DNA of 64,000 nucleotides from Candidatus Eiseniibacteriota bacterium (GTDB lineage Bacteria; Eisenbacteria; RBG-16-71-46): NCBI GenBank assembly GCA_963776245.1, contig CAVZLN010000003.1, positions 960,001 to 1,024,000 of the forward strand, read 5' to 3'. Shown piece by piece: positions 47,024 to 57,909 of this stretch (position 1 is its first letter; each line of letters starts with the position of its first letter). The notes under the pieces were generated by a model. It saw only the letters and a program-made list of their open reading frames with translations, ran no database searches and was not told where the DNA came from. The position numbers and the translations under genes were made by a program.

Positions 47024-48718
47024 CTAACGCGACGACCTCACGGTGCCGCTCTCGAAGTCGAGCGTGAGGCGCGCCGCGGGATCGCCCCGTACCACCCGAT
47101 AGCGGAACGTCCGCGTGGACCCGTCCGAGACCAGCGCCTGGAGGGTGTGCGTCCCTTCGGTCAGCGGGATCGAGGGGTAGGGATAGCCGTCGAAGCGCCG
47201 CTGCCCGTCCACCACGATCTCGTCGCAGAGCGCGCCGCGGGTCTCCACCAGGTAGGTGCGCTCGAAGGCGGTCGCGCGATCGGCGGGCGCCGGTGCGTGC
47301 GCGGCCGGCGGCGACACGTGCGTGGCCGGCGGCGACGCCTGCGCGGCCGCTGACGGAGTGTGCACCGGCGGCGGAATCGACGCGATCGGCGCCGGCGACT
47401 CCGCGCTCGGCGGCGGTGCCTGCGCGGTCGGCGGCGGGCCCGCGGGCGTCGCGCTCGCGGTCGGCTCCACGGGCGTCGGCGCGGCACGGTGCGCCAGCAG
47501 CCGCCAGCCGATGAACCCCAGCAGCACGACCAGGATCGCCGAGATCGCGACGACCGCCGCGGCGAGCCGCGCGGGTCTCGGTGCCGGCGCCGGCGCCGGC
47601 CGCGACACCGGCAGCGTGAGCTCCTGGACCTGTCCCGATTCCCGGAGCCGCTCGAGCCGGGCGCGCGCATGCCGATGGCTGGGGTCCACGTAGAGCACGC
47701 AGGCGAGCGCCCGTGCCTCGCGGTCGGCCTGCTCCGGGCCGAGGGCCTCGAGTCGCTTCGCCTCCGCCAGGCATCGCGCGATGCGATCGTCGCGCAGCGA
47801 CTTCGCGACCGCGACCGGATCCCGGACGTAGTCCCTCAGCAGCGTGCGCGCGCGCGCGCCGACGGCGCTCTCGATGACGGTGTCGAGCACCTGCGCGGCG
47901 GTCTCGATGTCGGCCGGCCGGCGCGCGGGGTCCTTCTCGAGCATCTCGCCGACCAGGGCGCCGAGGGCCGGCGGGACGAGCGGGTTGTGGCCCTCGAGGC
48001 TCGCGGGGTGGTCGTTGCGGACCGCCTCCATGGTGGCGTACTGATCGTCGCGCTCGAAGGGGTTGGATCCGGACAGCAGCTCGTACGCCAGCACGCCGGC
48101 CGAGAAGGTGTCCGACCGCGCTCCCGCCTCGGCGTCCTGGCCCTCCCCGCCTCGGGTCTGCTCCGGCGACATGTAGGACGGCGATCCCTTGACGTCGCCC
48201 GACTGGCTCAGATGCACGTCGCCCCGCAGCGCGAGCCCGAAGTCCATGAGCTTCACCAGGCCGCTCTGCGAGAGCATCACGTTCGAGGGCTTGAGGTCCC
48301 GGTGGGCGACCGGGGGCCGGGCATGATGCGCGCACCGCAGGGCGTCGAAGACGTCGCGCAGCACCAGCAGCGCGATCTCGAACGGCAGCGGCCGGTGGCG
48401 CTCGAGCAGCCAGGTGCGCAGGTCCGAGCCGTCGACGAACTCGAGGATCAGATGCGGATGTCCGTCCACCTCGCCGTACTTGAGAACCTGCACGATGTTG
48501 GGGTGGCTGAGCCCGGCGTAGGCCTCGCCCTCGCGCCGGAAGCGTCCTCGGCTGGTCGCGTCCTCCGCGAGATGGGAGTGGAGCACCTTGATCGCGACCG
48601 GGCGCTCGGGATCCTTCTGCAGCCCGCGATAGACCGTGGCCTGGCCTCCGGGCTTGCCGAGCTTCTGGTCGCGGAACAGGACGTAGTCGCCCAGATCGAT
48701 CTGTGCGGAGTCGCTCAT
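47024..48718 (-). CDS. Membrane-anchored Hanks-type Ser/Thr kinase (PpkA/PknB-like) with small PEGA-like extracytoplasmic domain
   Basis: VAIKVL, HPNIV, HRDLKPSN, DFG, YMSPEQ and D.FSAGV; TM; Pro/Ala linker; EIVVDG...LTEGTH. Confidence 0.92.
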   Translation of the reverse strand: MSDSAQIDLGDYVLFRDQKLGKPGGQATVYRGLQKDPERPVAIKVLHSHLAEDATSRGRFRREGEAYAGLSHPNIVQVLKYGEVDGHPHLILEFVDGSDLRTWLLERHRPLPFEIALLVLRDVFDALRCAHHARPPVAHRDLKPSNVMLSQSGLVKLMDFGLALRGDVHLSQSGDVKGSPSYMSPEQTRGGEGQDAEAGARSDTFSAGVLAYELLSGSNPFERDDQYATMEAVRNDHPASLEGHNPLVPPALGALVGEMLEKDPARRPADIETAAQVLDTVIESAVGARARTLLRDYVRDPVAVAKSLRDDRIARCLAEAKRLEALGPEQADREARALACVLYVDPSHRHARARLERLRESGQVQELTLPVSRPAPAPAPRPARLAAAVVAISAILVVLLGFIGWRLLAHRAAPTPVEPTASATPAGPPPTAQAPPPSAESPAPIASIPPPVHTPSAAAQASPPATHVSPPAAHAPAPADRATAFERTYLVETRGALCDEIVVDGQRRFDGYPYPSIPLTEGTHTLQALVSDGSTRTFRYRVVRGDPAARLTLDFESGTVRSSR

Positions 48719-48858
48719 CGGGTGCCCTTCGCGCGCGTGGCGCGTCCCGGGACCATCGCGGAGACGGAGGGAGCCATGTCGCGGCGAGACTACCATAGCC
48801 CCGGCGGCGCGCCGCGCACGGCGGCCGCCGGGACCTGCCTCGCCGGGGCGGCGAGCCG

Positions 48859-51800
48859 CTACTCGGAGACGCCCAGTCCGGTCGCCTCGCCGGTGGGCGG
48901 CGGGATGAACCCGGGAGCGGGCTTCGGGTGCGGCTCGCGCGGCGCCCCGACGGCGTGGCCCTCGACCTCGCCGGGAGCGCTCGTCCACTTCTTGAGCCAT
49001 ACCCCGGCCCAGGCGCCGAAGTCGTCGAGGTAGGTGTACACCACCGGGACCACGATGAGCGTGAGCAGCGTGGATGTGATCAGCCCGCCGATCACGGCGT
49101 GCGCCATGGGCGCGCGGAACTCGCTGCCCTGGCCGCTGCCGATCGCGGTCGGCAGCATGCCGAAGATCATCGCCAGCGTGGTCATCACGATCGGGCGCAG
49201 GCGCAGCTGCCCGGCGTCCACCAGCGCGCGGGCGCGCTCGCTGCCCTTCGCGCGCGCCTTGTTGGCGAAGTCCACCAGCAGGATGGCGTTCTTCGTCACC
49301 AGCCCCATCAGCATGATGATCCCGATCATGCTCATCATGTTGAGCGTGCCGCGCGTGATCAGCAGGCTGAGCATCACGCCCACCAGCGACAGCGGCAACG
49401 ACAGCATGATGGCGAGCGGGTGGAGGAACGAGCCGAACTGGGACGCGAGGATGATGTAGATGAAGATGATGGCCATCGCGAGGGCCTCGACGATGTACCC
49501 CACGGTCTCGACGAAGTCCTCCTGCTCGCCGCCGAAGTCGTACGTGTAACCCGCCGGCAGGCGGACCCGGCCCAGTCGCGCCTGGACGTCGCGCACGATG
49601 TCGGTGAGCGGCCGCTGCTGGTAGTTCGCCTCGACCGTCGCCACGCGCTGGAGCCCGATGTGGTCGATCTGCGACGGCGCGCCCGAGAGTTGGAGCGTGG
49701 CGATCTGGCCGAGCGGCACCATCACCGGCTTGCCGGAGCGATCCACCTGGCCGGTGGCGATCGGCACGCGCGCGAGGTCGGCCTGCGAGGTGCGGAACTC
49801 GGGCGCCATGCGCACCACGACGTCGTGCGCGAGCCCGGTCTCGTCCTCCCAGTCCCCGGCCTTCTCACCCGAGAGCACCGGCCGCAGCGAGGCGCCCGCG
49901 GCGCCCACCGAGGTGCCGACCTGGGCGGCGAGGTCGCGGTCGATGACCGCGGTCCACTCCGGCTTGCGCCCCTCGAGGCTCGACTTGAGGTCCACCAGCC
50001 CCGGCACGTCGCGCACCGAGGCGATCGTCTGGTCCGAGAGCTCCTGGAGCTTGTCGAGGCGCGGGCCATTGATGTGGAGCTGGATCGGCGCCTGCGCCCC
50101 TCCGAAGCCGAGCTGCAGGATGCGCGCGGTCACGCCGCGGAAGCGCGGCAGGTCCTGGCGCATCGACACCTCGAGCTGCTGCTGGGACAGCCGGCGCTCC
50201 CGGCGCGGCTTGAGCTTCACGTACACCTGGCCCTTGTTGACCGAGCCGTTCTGCTGGGAGCCGCCGATGCTGGTGTAGGTGTACGCGACCTCGGGGCGCG
50301 AGCGCACGTAACGCACCAGCTCGAGCGCCTTGTCGGTCGTGTACCCGAGCGACGATCCCACCGGCGTCTCGAAGCCGACCACCGTCTCGCCCTCGTCGGA
50401 GTCGGGGAAGAACCGGCCGCCGACGGCGCCGGTCATCGGCAGCGCGAGCGCGATCACGAACGAGAGGGCGGCGAAGCCCATGGTGAGCAGGCGGTGTCCC
50501 AGCGCCCATCCGATGAGCCCGCGGTAGGCGATGCCGACCTTCTCGAACCCGTCGTTGAAGCGCCTCAGGGCCTTGCCGACCGGGCCCTTCTGCTCCTGGC
50601 CCTCGGCCTGCGGGTCGTACCAGCGCGACGAGAGCATCGGGTCGAGCGTGAACGACACGAACAGCGAGACCAGCACGGCGAACGCCACGGTGATGCCGAA
50701 CGAGAAGAAGAACCGGCCGACGATGCCGCCCATGAAGGCCACCGGCACGAACACCGCGATGATGGTGAACGAGGTGGCGAGCACCGCGAAGCCGATCTCG
50801 GCGGTGCCGTTGCGCGCGGCGGTGAAGTGGTCCTCGCCGCGCTCGACGTGCCGCACGATGTTCTCGCGCACCACGATGGCGTCGTCGATGAGCATGCCGA
50901 TGACCAGCGAGAGCGCCATCAGCGTCATGGTGTTGAGCGTGAACCCGAACGCCAGGATGGCGGCGAACGACGAGATCACCGACACCGGCAGGGTGAGGCC
51001 GGTGATGACCGTCGAGCGCCACGAGTTCAGGAACAGGAAGACGATGAGGATGGTGAGGAGGGCGCCCTCGAGCAGCGTCTTCTTCACGTCATCCACCGAG
51101 TCCTTGATGGACTGCGAGTTGTCCCGGATCGGGGAGATGACCACGCCCCCCGGCAGCGACCGGTTGAGCGCGGCGACCGCGGCGCGGATGTCCTCGGCGA
51201 TCTGCACCGTGTTGCCGCCGGAGACCTTGCGCACCGAGACCGCCACCGCCCGGTCCCCGTTCACGTAAGCGGCGTCGCGCGCTTCCTCCTGGGCGTCCTC
51301 GACGCGCGCCACCTGGTCGAGCCGCACCGAGGTGCTGCCGCGCGTCGCGATCACCAGCTCGTTGAATCCGCGCGGGTCCTGGATGCGGCCCTTGATGCGC
51401 ACCAGTTCCTCGCGGGAGCCGCGGTCCACGCGGCCCGCGGGGACGTCGGTGTTCTCGCGCCGTAGCGCCGCCACCACCATGTCGGGGGACACGCCCAGCG
51501 CATCCATGCGGTCGGGCATCAACAGCGCCTGGATCTCGCGCCGCACGCCGCCCTCGACCGCCACGTTCCCCACCCCGGGGATGTTCTCGAGCCGCTTGCT
51601 GATGGTCTCCTCGGCGAGCGTGGTGAGGTCGCGCAGCGACATCCCCTCGCCCTTCACGGAGAACGTCATGATCGGGTCGCCCTGGACGTCGAACTTCGAC
51701 ACCACCGGCGGGTCGATGTCCTTGGGCAGTTCGAGGCGGAGGGCGTCGAGCTTCGCGCGCACGTCCGCCTGCGCGTCCGCGACCTTGATGCCGAGGCGGA

Positions 51801-52083
51801 ACTGGATGAAGACCTGCGAGAAGCCCTCGGTGGAGACCGAGGTGATCTTCTTCACGCCCTCCACCGGGTTGACCGCCTCCTCGATCTTCTTGGTGACCTC
51901 GCGCTCGACCGCCTCGGGGCTCGCGCCGGGGTAGTTGGTCTGCACCCCGACGAACGGGAACTCGATGTCCGGCCACTGGTCGATGGCGAGGCGCCGGTAG
52001 GCGAAGATGCCGAAGGTGACCAGCGCCACGATCATCATCGTGGCGAGCACCGGCCGCTTGATGGAGAGATCGCTCAGGAACAT
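48859..52083 (-). CDS. RND efflux permease (AcrB/HAE1 family)
   Basis: SIKRPV, YPGASPEAVE, GMLIDDAIVVRENI, GLVTKNAILLVDF and RLRPIVMTT. Confidence 0.96.
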   Translation of the reverse strand: MFLSDLSIKRPVLATMMIVALVTFGIFAYRRLAIDQWPDIEFPFVGVQTNYPGASPEAVEREVTKKIEEAVNPVEGVKKITSVSTEGFSQVFIQFRLGIKVADAQADVRAKLDALRLELPKDIDPPVVSKFDVQGDPIMTFSVKGEGMSLRDLTTLAEETISKRLENIPGVGNVAVEGGVRREIQALLMPDRMDALGVSPDMVVAALRRENTDVPAGRVDRGSREELVRIKGRIQDPRGFNELVIATRGSTSVRLDQVARVEDAQEEARDAAYVNGDRAVAVSVRKVSGGNTVQIAEDIRAAVAALNRSLPGGVVISPIRDNSQSIKDSVDDVKKTLLEGALLTILIVFLFLNSWRSTVITGLTLPVSVISSFAAILAFGFTLNTMTLMALSLVIGMLIDDAIVVRENIVRHVERGEDHFTAARNGTAEIGFAVLATSFTIIAVFVPVAFMGGIVGRFFFSFGITVAFAVLVSLFVSFTLDPMLSSRWYDPQAEGQEQKGPVGKALRRFNDGFEKVGIAYRGLIGWALGHRLLTMGFAALSFVIALALPMTGAVGGRFFPDSDEGETVVGFETPVGSSLGYTTDKALELVRYVRSRPEVAYTYTSIGGSQQNGSVNKGQVYVKLKPRRERRLSQQQLEVSMRQDLPRFRGVTARILQLGFGGAQAPIQLHINGPRLDKLQELSDQTIASVRDVPGLVDLKSSLEGRKPEWTAVIDRDLAAQVGTSVGAAGASLRPVLSGEKAGDWEDETGLAHDVVVRMAPEFRTSQADLARVPIATGQVDRSGKPVMVPLGQIATLQLSGAPSQIDHIGLQRVATVEANYQQRPLTDIVRDVQARLGRVRLPAGYTYDFGGEQEDFVETVGYIVEALAMAIIFIYIILASQFGSFLHPLAIMLSLPLSLVGVMLSLLITRGTLNMMSMIGIIMLMGLVTKNAILLVDFANKARAKGSERARALVDAGQLRLRPIVMTTLAMIFGMLPTAIGSGQGSEFRAPMAHAVIGGLITSTLLTLIVVPVVYTYLDDFGAWAGVWLKKWTSAPGEVEGHAVGAPREPHPKPAPGFIPPPTGEATGLGVSE

Positions 52084-52084
52084 C

Positions 52085-53161
52085 TCAGCCCTCCCGCTTC
52101 GCGACCTGGACCGGCTGCCCGGCCTTGAGGCCCGTGATCGGCCCGGCGATGACCTGGTGTCCGGCCTCGAGTCCCGAGACGATCTCGATCAGGTCGCGGC
52201 CCTCGTCGCGAAGGCCGGTCCTGACTTCGCGCGGCTCGACCTTCCCGTCCACCACCAGCCACACCATCGTCCGGCCACCCTCGGTGCGCACGCTCGTGGC
52301 GGGGACGGCGATCGCCGCCTGCACGCGCTTCACCACGACCTGGCCGGAGGCGAACAGCCCGCCCACCATGCGGCCGCCATGATTGGGGACCACCACGTAC
52401 AGCCGGACCTGGCGCGTCGCCGGGTCCGCGGAGGCGTTGATGCGCGCCACCCGGCCCTCGATCGCGGCGTGCGGGTAGCCGGTGACGTCGAGCACCACCG
52501 GCGCGCCGACACGCACCAGGCCGACATCGGTGGCGGTGATGGTGGCCTCGAACTCCAGCTCGCGCGTGTCCACCACGCGGAGCACCGGGTCGCCGATGCC
52601 CGGCATGTCGCCGGCCTGCACGAACCGTTCGGCCACCGTGCCCGAGATGGGCGCGCGCACCGTGGCATCGTCGAGGATCTTCTGGGCGGCCGCCCACACC
52701 GCCTCGGTCTCGCGCATCGTGGCCTCGGCGCCTTCGAGGTCGCGCTCGGCCACCGCGCCCTCGCGCAGCAGGTTCTGCATGCGGGCGAAGTCGGCCCGCG
52801 CCGCCTTGTAGCGGGACTCGGCGCCCACCGCCGCGGGGCGCACGGCGGTGGTGCGGAAGCGCATCATCACCTCGCCCTTCTGCACGCGCTGGCCCTCCTT
52901 CACCAGCATCGCCTCGACCACGTCGGCGATCGGCGCGCCGATCTTCACGCTGGTCGCCGGGGCGAGGGTGCCCGATACCGCGACCCCGGTCACCAGGTCC
53001 GCGCGCCGTGAGGGCGCGACATCGTTGGCGCCGAGCACCGCGGACAGGGCCACGTCCGCGCCCGCCGCCTTAGCCGGCTGCTCCTTGCTGCATCCGCTCA
53101 CCAGGGCGAGGGCCGCCAGACCGAGTGCCGCTGCCGCCGTCATCCACCTGATCCGCTTCAT
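52085..53161 (-). CDS. RND periplasmic adaptor (membrane fusion lipoprotein)
   Basis: VSGC lipobox; VKEGQRVQKG, VRAPISG, DPATR and SGLEAG. Confidence 0.93.
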   Translation of the reverse strand: MKRIRWMTAAAALGLAALALVSGCSKEQPAKAAGADVALSAVLGANDVAPSRRADLVTGVAVSGTLAPATSVKIGAPIADVVEAMLVKEGQRVQKGEVMMRFRTTAVRPAAVGAESRYKAARADFARMQNLLREGAVAERDLEGAEATMRETEAVWAAAQKILDDATVRAPISGTVAERFVQAGDMPGIGDPVLRVVDTRELEFEATITATDVGLVRVGAPVVLDVTGYPHAAIEGRVARINASADPATRQVRLYVVVPNHGGRMVGGLFASGQVVVKRVQAAIAVPATSVRTEGGRTMVWLVVDGKVEPREVRTGLRDEGRDLIEIVSGLEAGHQVIAGPITGLKAGQPVQVAKREG

Positions 53162-53163
53162 GG

Positions 53164-54630
53164 CTATCGACCTTCCTTCCCGGTGTCCACGTTCATCCCG
53201 ATGGTATCCACGGGCCTGCGCTCGACCGGCAGCGGATGACCCACCGCCTTCTCGAGCGCCGCCAGAGCGATCAGGTAGTCACGTGTGGCCTGGACCTCGT
53301 TCAATTCCGCGTTCTGGTACTGGAGGCGGGCGTCCGTCACTTCGATCTGGGCCGAGAGCCCGTTGGTGAACCGCACGCCCGCCAGCTCGTGGGCGCGCCG
53401 CGCCTGGCGCACGGTCTCGCGGCGCGCGGCCAGCAGGGCGCCGCTGCGCTCCAGCTCGGTGCGGGCCTGCTCGATCTCGATGTCCACCGACTCGAGCATC
53501 TGGTCACGCCGGGTCTGGGCGCGTTCGAGGTCGGCCCGGGCGACCTGGATCCCGCCTTCGGTGCGCAGCCCGAGGAAGATCGGGAACTCCAGCCGCGCGC
53601 TGGCGTCCCACGAGCGGCGGAACTCGTCGCGCTTCGGCCAGGCGACCGGCGGGTAGGCGCTGTGCGAGAGCGTGGACATCAGGTAGAGCTCCGGCCAGCG
53701 CCGGCCCTGCTCGATGCGCACCGCCATGCGCCGCGCGATCACCTCGGCCTCGGCGGCCTGCAGCCCCGGGCGCGCCTCGCGCGTCATCGCGGTCGCGGTC
53801 ACGACCGGCAGCATGGCGTCCTCGGACAGCAGCGGAGTCGCCAGTTCCAGCGGCTGGTCGAGCGGCAGGTTGACCAGCCGCTTGAGGTCGAGCATCGCGA
53901 GCGTGAGCGCGTTGCGCGCCTCGACCACGCCCGGCTCCTGGTTGGCCGCGTCCACCTCGGCGCGCAGCAGCTCGTACTCCGAGCGCGCGCCCTCGCGACG
54001 GTAGAGCCGCACCTGCGCGAGGTGCGCCCGGGACTGCGCCAGCGACGACTCGGCGATGGCCACCACGCGCTGCCCGAGCGCGGCGTCGAGATAGGCGCGC
54101 TTCACCGCGTAGGTCACGTCCATCGCGGTCTCGCGCAGGTTCGCGTCGGCGCCCTTGCGCACCTCCTTCGCCGCGCGCAGGGCCGCGCCCACCTTGCCGC
54201 CCGAGTACAGCAACTGCTTGCCGGTGACGTCCACCTGCCAGGAGTGCGTGGCGGCGAACGAGCTGTTGCGGAAGATGGGCCCGAACACGGGGTCCTCGGT
54301 CGCGCCGGCGAACAGCGAGGCGAGCTTGCGGTTGTAGGTGACCGCGCCGTTGATCTGCGGCAGGGCCTCCGAGAGCGCGGAGCGGATGCGCCCGTTGGCC
54401 TCGCGGATCAGGGCGCGCGGGAAGCGCATCTCGTCGCCCCGCGTGACGGCGCGGGACACCGCGTCGTCGAGCGTCAGGCGCAGCGGGGGGAGGGCCGCGG
54501 CCGTCGGGGCCGCCGCGGCCATGGCCCCGGTGGCGGGCGGGTCGGCGGCCAGCGCGGCCCCCGGCCCCATGGCCGGCAGGGTCAGCGCGAGCGCGAGCAG
54601 GGTGGCCGTGGTGGGAAGCGGGGGCCGCAT
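53164..54630 (-). CDS. TolC family outer membrane efflux channel
   Basis: LTLDDAV, Q.LYSGG, VKRAY, RF..GL....EV.DA and LEKAVG; position in the RND operon. Confidence 0.92.
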   Translation of the reverse strand: MRPPLPTTATLLALALTLPAMGPGAALAADPPATGAMAAAAPTAAALPPLRLTLDDAVSRAVTRGDEMRFPRALIREANGRIRSALSEALPQINGAVTYNRKLASLFAGATEDPVFGPIFRNSSFAATHSWQVDVTGKQLLYSGGKVGAALRAAKEVRKGADANLRETAMDVTYAVKRAYLDAALGQRVVAIAESSLAQSRAHLAQVRLYRREGARSEYELLRAEVDAANQEPGVVEARNALTLAMLDLKRLVNLPLDQPLELATPLLSEDAMLPVVTATAMTREARPGLQAAEAEVIARRMAVRIEQGRRWPELYLMSTLSHSAYPPVAWPKRDEFRRSWDASARLEFPIFLGLRTEGGIQVARADLERAQTRRDQMLESVDIEIEQARTELERSGALLAARRETVRQARRAHELAGVRFTNGLSAQIEVTDARLQYQNAELNEVQATRDYLIALAALEKAVGHPLPVERRPVDTIGMNVDTGKEGR

Positions 54631-54632
54631 GA

Positions 54633-55265
54633 TCAGGCTCCCTTCCGGGTGGCGAGGCCGTCCAGCACCAGGGTCAGGCGCACGCGCAGCTCCTCGGCCA
54701 GTTGATAGTCGTAGGGCGCGGACGCGTCGCCGCTGCAGTTCACCCAGGTGTACACCGTCGCGTAGTACGTGCCGGTCAGGATCTCGGCGGCACGCGCGAT
54801 CTCCACGTCGGTGCGCAGCTCGCCGGCGTCGCGACCCATCTGGAGCGCGCGGTGGATGAGCGCATTCCAGCGCGATCCGTGGCCATGCTCCTCGGTGACG
54901 TCGAACGCGCGCCCCATGAGCTCGTTGATCACGTAGCGCGACAGCTCGCGATCGGTCTCGTAGGCCGCCGCGGCGTGCGCGTAGATGTCCAGGAGCTTCT
55001 CGCGGGCCGGCTTGGGGGCGGAGAAGATGGCCTCGGCGTTGGCCTCGAGATCCTCGAGCCGATGCTCGGAGAGATACCCGAGCACGGCCTCCTTGCGGGG
55101 GAAGTAATTGAAGAACGTCCCCTTCGCCACGTCGGCGCGCTCGGTGATCTCGTCGATGATGGTGTTCGCGAAGCCGCGCTTGCTGAAGAGCCGGATCGCC
55201 TCCTTGAAGATGCGCTCCTTGGTCTCTTCCTTCTTCCGCTCGCGGCGGGACAGCTCGATGTTCAT
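54633..55265 (-). CDS. TetR family transcriptional regulator
   Basis: SRRERKK..TKERI...AIRLF..RGF and ITERADVAKGTFFNYFPRKE HTH. Confidence 0.95.
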   Translation of the reverse strand: MNIELSRRERKKEETKERIFKEAIRLFSKRGFANTIIDEITERADVAKGTFFNYFPRKEAVLGYLSEHRLEDLEANAEAIFSAPKPAREKLLDIYAHAAAAYETDRELSRYVINELMGRAFDVTEEHGHGSRWNALIHRALQMGRDAGELRTDVEIARAAEILTGTYYATVYTWVNCSGDASAPYDYQLAEELRVRLTLVLDGLATRKGA

Positions 55266-55291
55266 GGCGATGGCCTCGTGCTGATGCACTG

Positions 55292-55330
55292 TTTGGACCT
55301 GATTCAAATGTGACCCGAGTTCAAATATAG
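55292..55330 (-). promoter_or_regulatory. Tandem imperfect palindromes (candidate TetR operators) overlapping a TATATT -10
   Basis: TTTGGACCTGATTCAAA and ATGTGACCCGAGTTCAAAT; a third copy TGACCCAAGTCCAAT at about 55440; AT-richer than the surroundings. Confidence 0.6.
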
Positions 55331-55623
55331 GCTCACTGGCGGGTCGTTCGTCGAGCGGTTTCAGCATCCGATCCATGGCGGACCTACGGGAACACGGTCG
55401 GATGTGTTGCATCGCAATGGATTGCGGACATGCAAAATCTGACCCAAGTCCAATAGTGACCGAGCCCTCCGATCGGAGATGGGCTCGCGATCCGGATGCC
55501 GAGGTCCCCGTGAGGCGCGGACGCGGCGCGGGGCCCATGGGCCATGCGGCCCGGGGATCAGGGGAAGGATGGGGCGTTGGGGAGGCCGGCGCGTGCCGCC
55601 GCCGGGGCCTCCCCGAGCGGCGA

Positions 55624-57909
55624 CTAGAACCCGACGCGCAACTGTGCCAGCCAGCCGCGCGTCGCCGCGGGGATGAACTGGGGCACCCAGGCGCCGTCGG
55701 CGTCGTAGTCCATGTACCCGCCGGCCGCGTACCGCGTGTCGAGCACGTTCGTCACGCGCAACAGGAGCTCCGCCCGGCTGCGCTCGCCGGCGGCGAGGCC
55801 CCAGCCGGCGACCGCGTTCACCGTCGTGCGCGGGCCGATGCTCGCGACCGCGTCCTGGGTGTTGTCGAGGTACATCCGCCCGGCATGCTGCGCGTCGACG
55901 CCCAGGGTCGCGCCCCTCCAGTCGACGCGCGCCGCGAGATTGCCCAACACGGCGGGGAAGAAGCCGATGATCTTGCCGTCGTGCGACACGCTGGTGGTCG
56001 CGTCGAACACCTCGGTGTAGCGCACGAAGCGGTTGTCGCTCAGCCCGGCGTTGCCGTCGAAGGAGAGTCGCGCGCCGCGCGGCAGGGGATGCTCGAGCCG
56101 TCCCGCCAGCTCGAGCCCCTGGTGGACCGAGCGCGCGGCATTGGCCGGGACCACGCTGCCGAGGTCGCTGTTGAACTGGTAGTCCACCAGCTCGTCCCGG
56201 AAGTCCATGCGGAACAGGTTGGCGCTCAGTGAGGCGCGCGGCCCGCGCCACGTCCCGCCCAGTTCGAAGTCGTTCACCCGCTCGGGGCGAATGACCGGGA
56301 CACCGTCCACGAACAACGGCGTGCTCCCCGCGCTCTCGGCGTCGTAGAGGTTGCGGAAGGCGGGTTCCCGCGCCGACTGGGACCACGCGCCGAAGACCGT
56401 GACGTCGGCGCGGGGCGCCCAGGCCAGCCCGAGGCGCGGCAGCGCGAAGTCGTAGTGCCGGTCGAAGCGGATATCGTCGAAGCGGTCGCGCCCCATGTCG
56501 TAGCGCTGGTGGCGCCAGGCCAGATCGGCGGTCGCGGTGAGCCGCGGATGGGGCTGCCATTCCTCGCGCGCGAACAGGCCGGCCTCGAGAGTGCGCGGGC
56601 CGTAGTCGTAGTAGCGGTGGTCGGGCTCGGTGCCGGGCGGCAGGCCGCTGCCCGAGACCACGGTGCCCACATGGCGGCTCGCGTGCGCCCGGAACTCGCC
56701 GCCGACCGTGAGCGCACCGCCGGCGTGCTCGAGCCGCAGGCGTGGCACCCAGCCGTACTGCCGGTTCCACACCGTGCGCCGCCGCACCAGGTCGGCGCCA
56801 ATCACGCGCACGCGTCCGGCTCCGTCCACCACCAGGCGACCCAGGCTGTCCCGCTCGTAGTAGCCCTGGGCCGGGAACATCGTGGAATCCGTGGTGGTCC
56901 AGCTCGACAGCCGGTAGTCCGCCAGGCTCCGGCCGAAGCGCTGCTCGTCGTAGTACCCGGTGCCGTCGAACCAGAACAGGGTCTGTGAGAGCGCGAACCC
57001 GTGTCCCGGTGTCCAGTCGTGGAGGAGCTCGTAGTGGGGCTCGAAGAAGTGGTCCTGCTCGCCGGCGTACGCCAGCGGATTGAAACGCCGGTCGCGCGCG
57101 GCGTCCCCGGAGATCCGCCCGTCGAGGTAGGGCGCCGGCACGCCGAGATAGGCGAGGTGGGTGTTCTCGGGCCCGCCGTAGAGATTCACCCGCAGCGTGT
57201 GGTCGCCGCTCACGCGACGCGCGGCGAGGGCGTAGGACCACAGCTTCGACCAGGACTGGTCGCGGTAGCCGCTGGTCTCGATCCGCGAGTAGCGCCCGTA
57301 GAAGCTCCAGCCGCCCGCGAGCCGGCCGGAGTTGGTCTCGAGCATCAGCCGGCGGGTCTCCCACGCGCCATACGCGAGCGTGACGCTGGTCGCGGGCCGC
57401 TCGCTGAACGGCGAGGTCTCGAGGTTCACACTGCCTCCCACGGACGCGCCGCCATAGAGCGCCGAGCCCACGCCGCGCTGCACCTGCACCTCGCTGGTCG
57501 AGGCGAGCAGGTCGGGGTGATCGATCCAGTAGACCTCGTTCGACTCGGGATCGTTCAGGGGCACGCCGTTCACGAGCACGCTGATCCGGCGCTGGGGGAA
57601 CCCGCGGATCGCGAGGTAGGAGTAGCCGATCCCGTTGCCCGCGTCCGAGTACGCGTAGGCCCCGGGGAGCGTCGCGAGGAGCATCGGCGTGTCGAGCCCG
57701 ACGTTGACCCGCACGAGCTCGTCGCGGCCGAGCGTGGCGCGCGCGACCGGTGCGCGCTCGCCGAGGCGCGTGGTGCTCACCACGATCTCGGGCAGGGGCA
57801 CCACGCGCGCGAGCGTGTCGCGCGCGGGGACGGACGGGGCGCCGGCCACGGCCGCGGGAGTCCCGAGCGAGGCCAGCACGAGGGCGACGACGAGGCAGTG
57901 CGATGTCAT
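55624..57909 (-). CDS. TonB-dependent receptor, probable thiamine/precursor uptake
   Basis: EIVVS TonB-box-like, SDAGNGIGYSY..IRG, NGVPLNDPES..VYWID.PD, QVQRGVGS and C-terminal LRVGF; in the TPP riboswitch operon. Confidence 0.88.
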   Translation of the reverse strand: MTSHCLVVALVLASLGTPAAVAGAPSVPARDTLARVVPLPEIVVSTTRLGERAPVARATLGRDELVRVNVGLDTPMLLATLPGAYAYSDAGNGIGYSYLAIRGFPQRRISVLVNGVPLNDPESNEVYWIDHPDLLASTSEVQVQRGVGSALYGGASVGGSVNLETSPFSERPATSVTLAYGAWETRRLMLETNSGRLAGGWSFYGRYSRIETSGYRDQSWSKLWSYALAARRVSGDHTLRVNLYGGPENTHLAYLGVPAPYLDGRISGDAARDRRFNPLAYAGEQDHFFEPHYELLHDWTPGHGFALSQTLFWFDGTGYYDEQRFGRSLADYRLSSWTTTDSTMFPAQGYYERDSLGRLVVDGAGRVRVIGADLVRRRTVWNRQYGWVPRLRLEHAGGALTVGGEFRAHASRHVGTVVSGSGLPPGTEPDHRYYDYGPRTLEAGLFAREEWQPHPRLTATADLAWRHQRYDMGRDRFDDIRFDRHYDFALPRLGLAWAPRADVTVFGAWSQSAREPAFRNLYDAESAGSTPLFVDGVPVIRPERVNDFELGGTWRGPRASLSANLFRMDFRDELVDYQFNSDLGSVVPANAARSVHQGLELAGRLEHPLPRGARLSFDGNAGLSDNRFVRYTEVFDATTSVSHDGKIIGFFPAVLGNLAARVDWRGATLGVDAQHAGRMYLDNTQDAVASIGPRTTVNAVAGWGLAAGERSRAELLLRVTNVLDTRYAAGGYMDYDADGAWVPQFIPAATRGWLAQLRVGF

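Noticed and set aside
48859..55265. RND-MFP-TolC-TetR operon as part of the T6SS
   Set aside because: Standard efflux operon with its own regulator and operators; only adjacency links it to the locus
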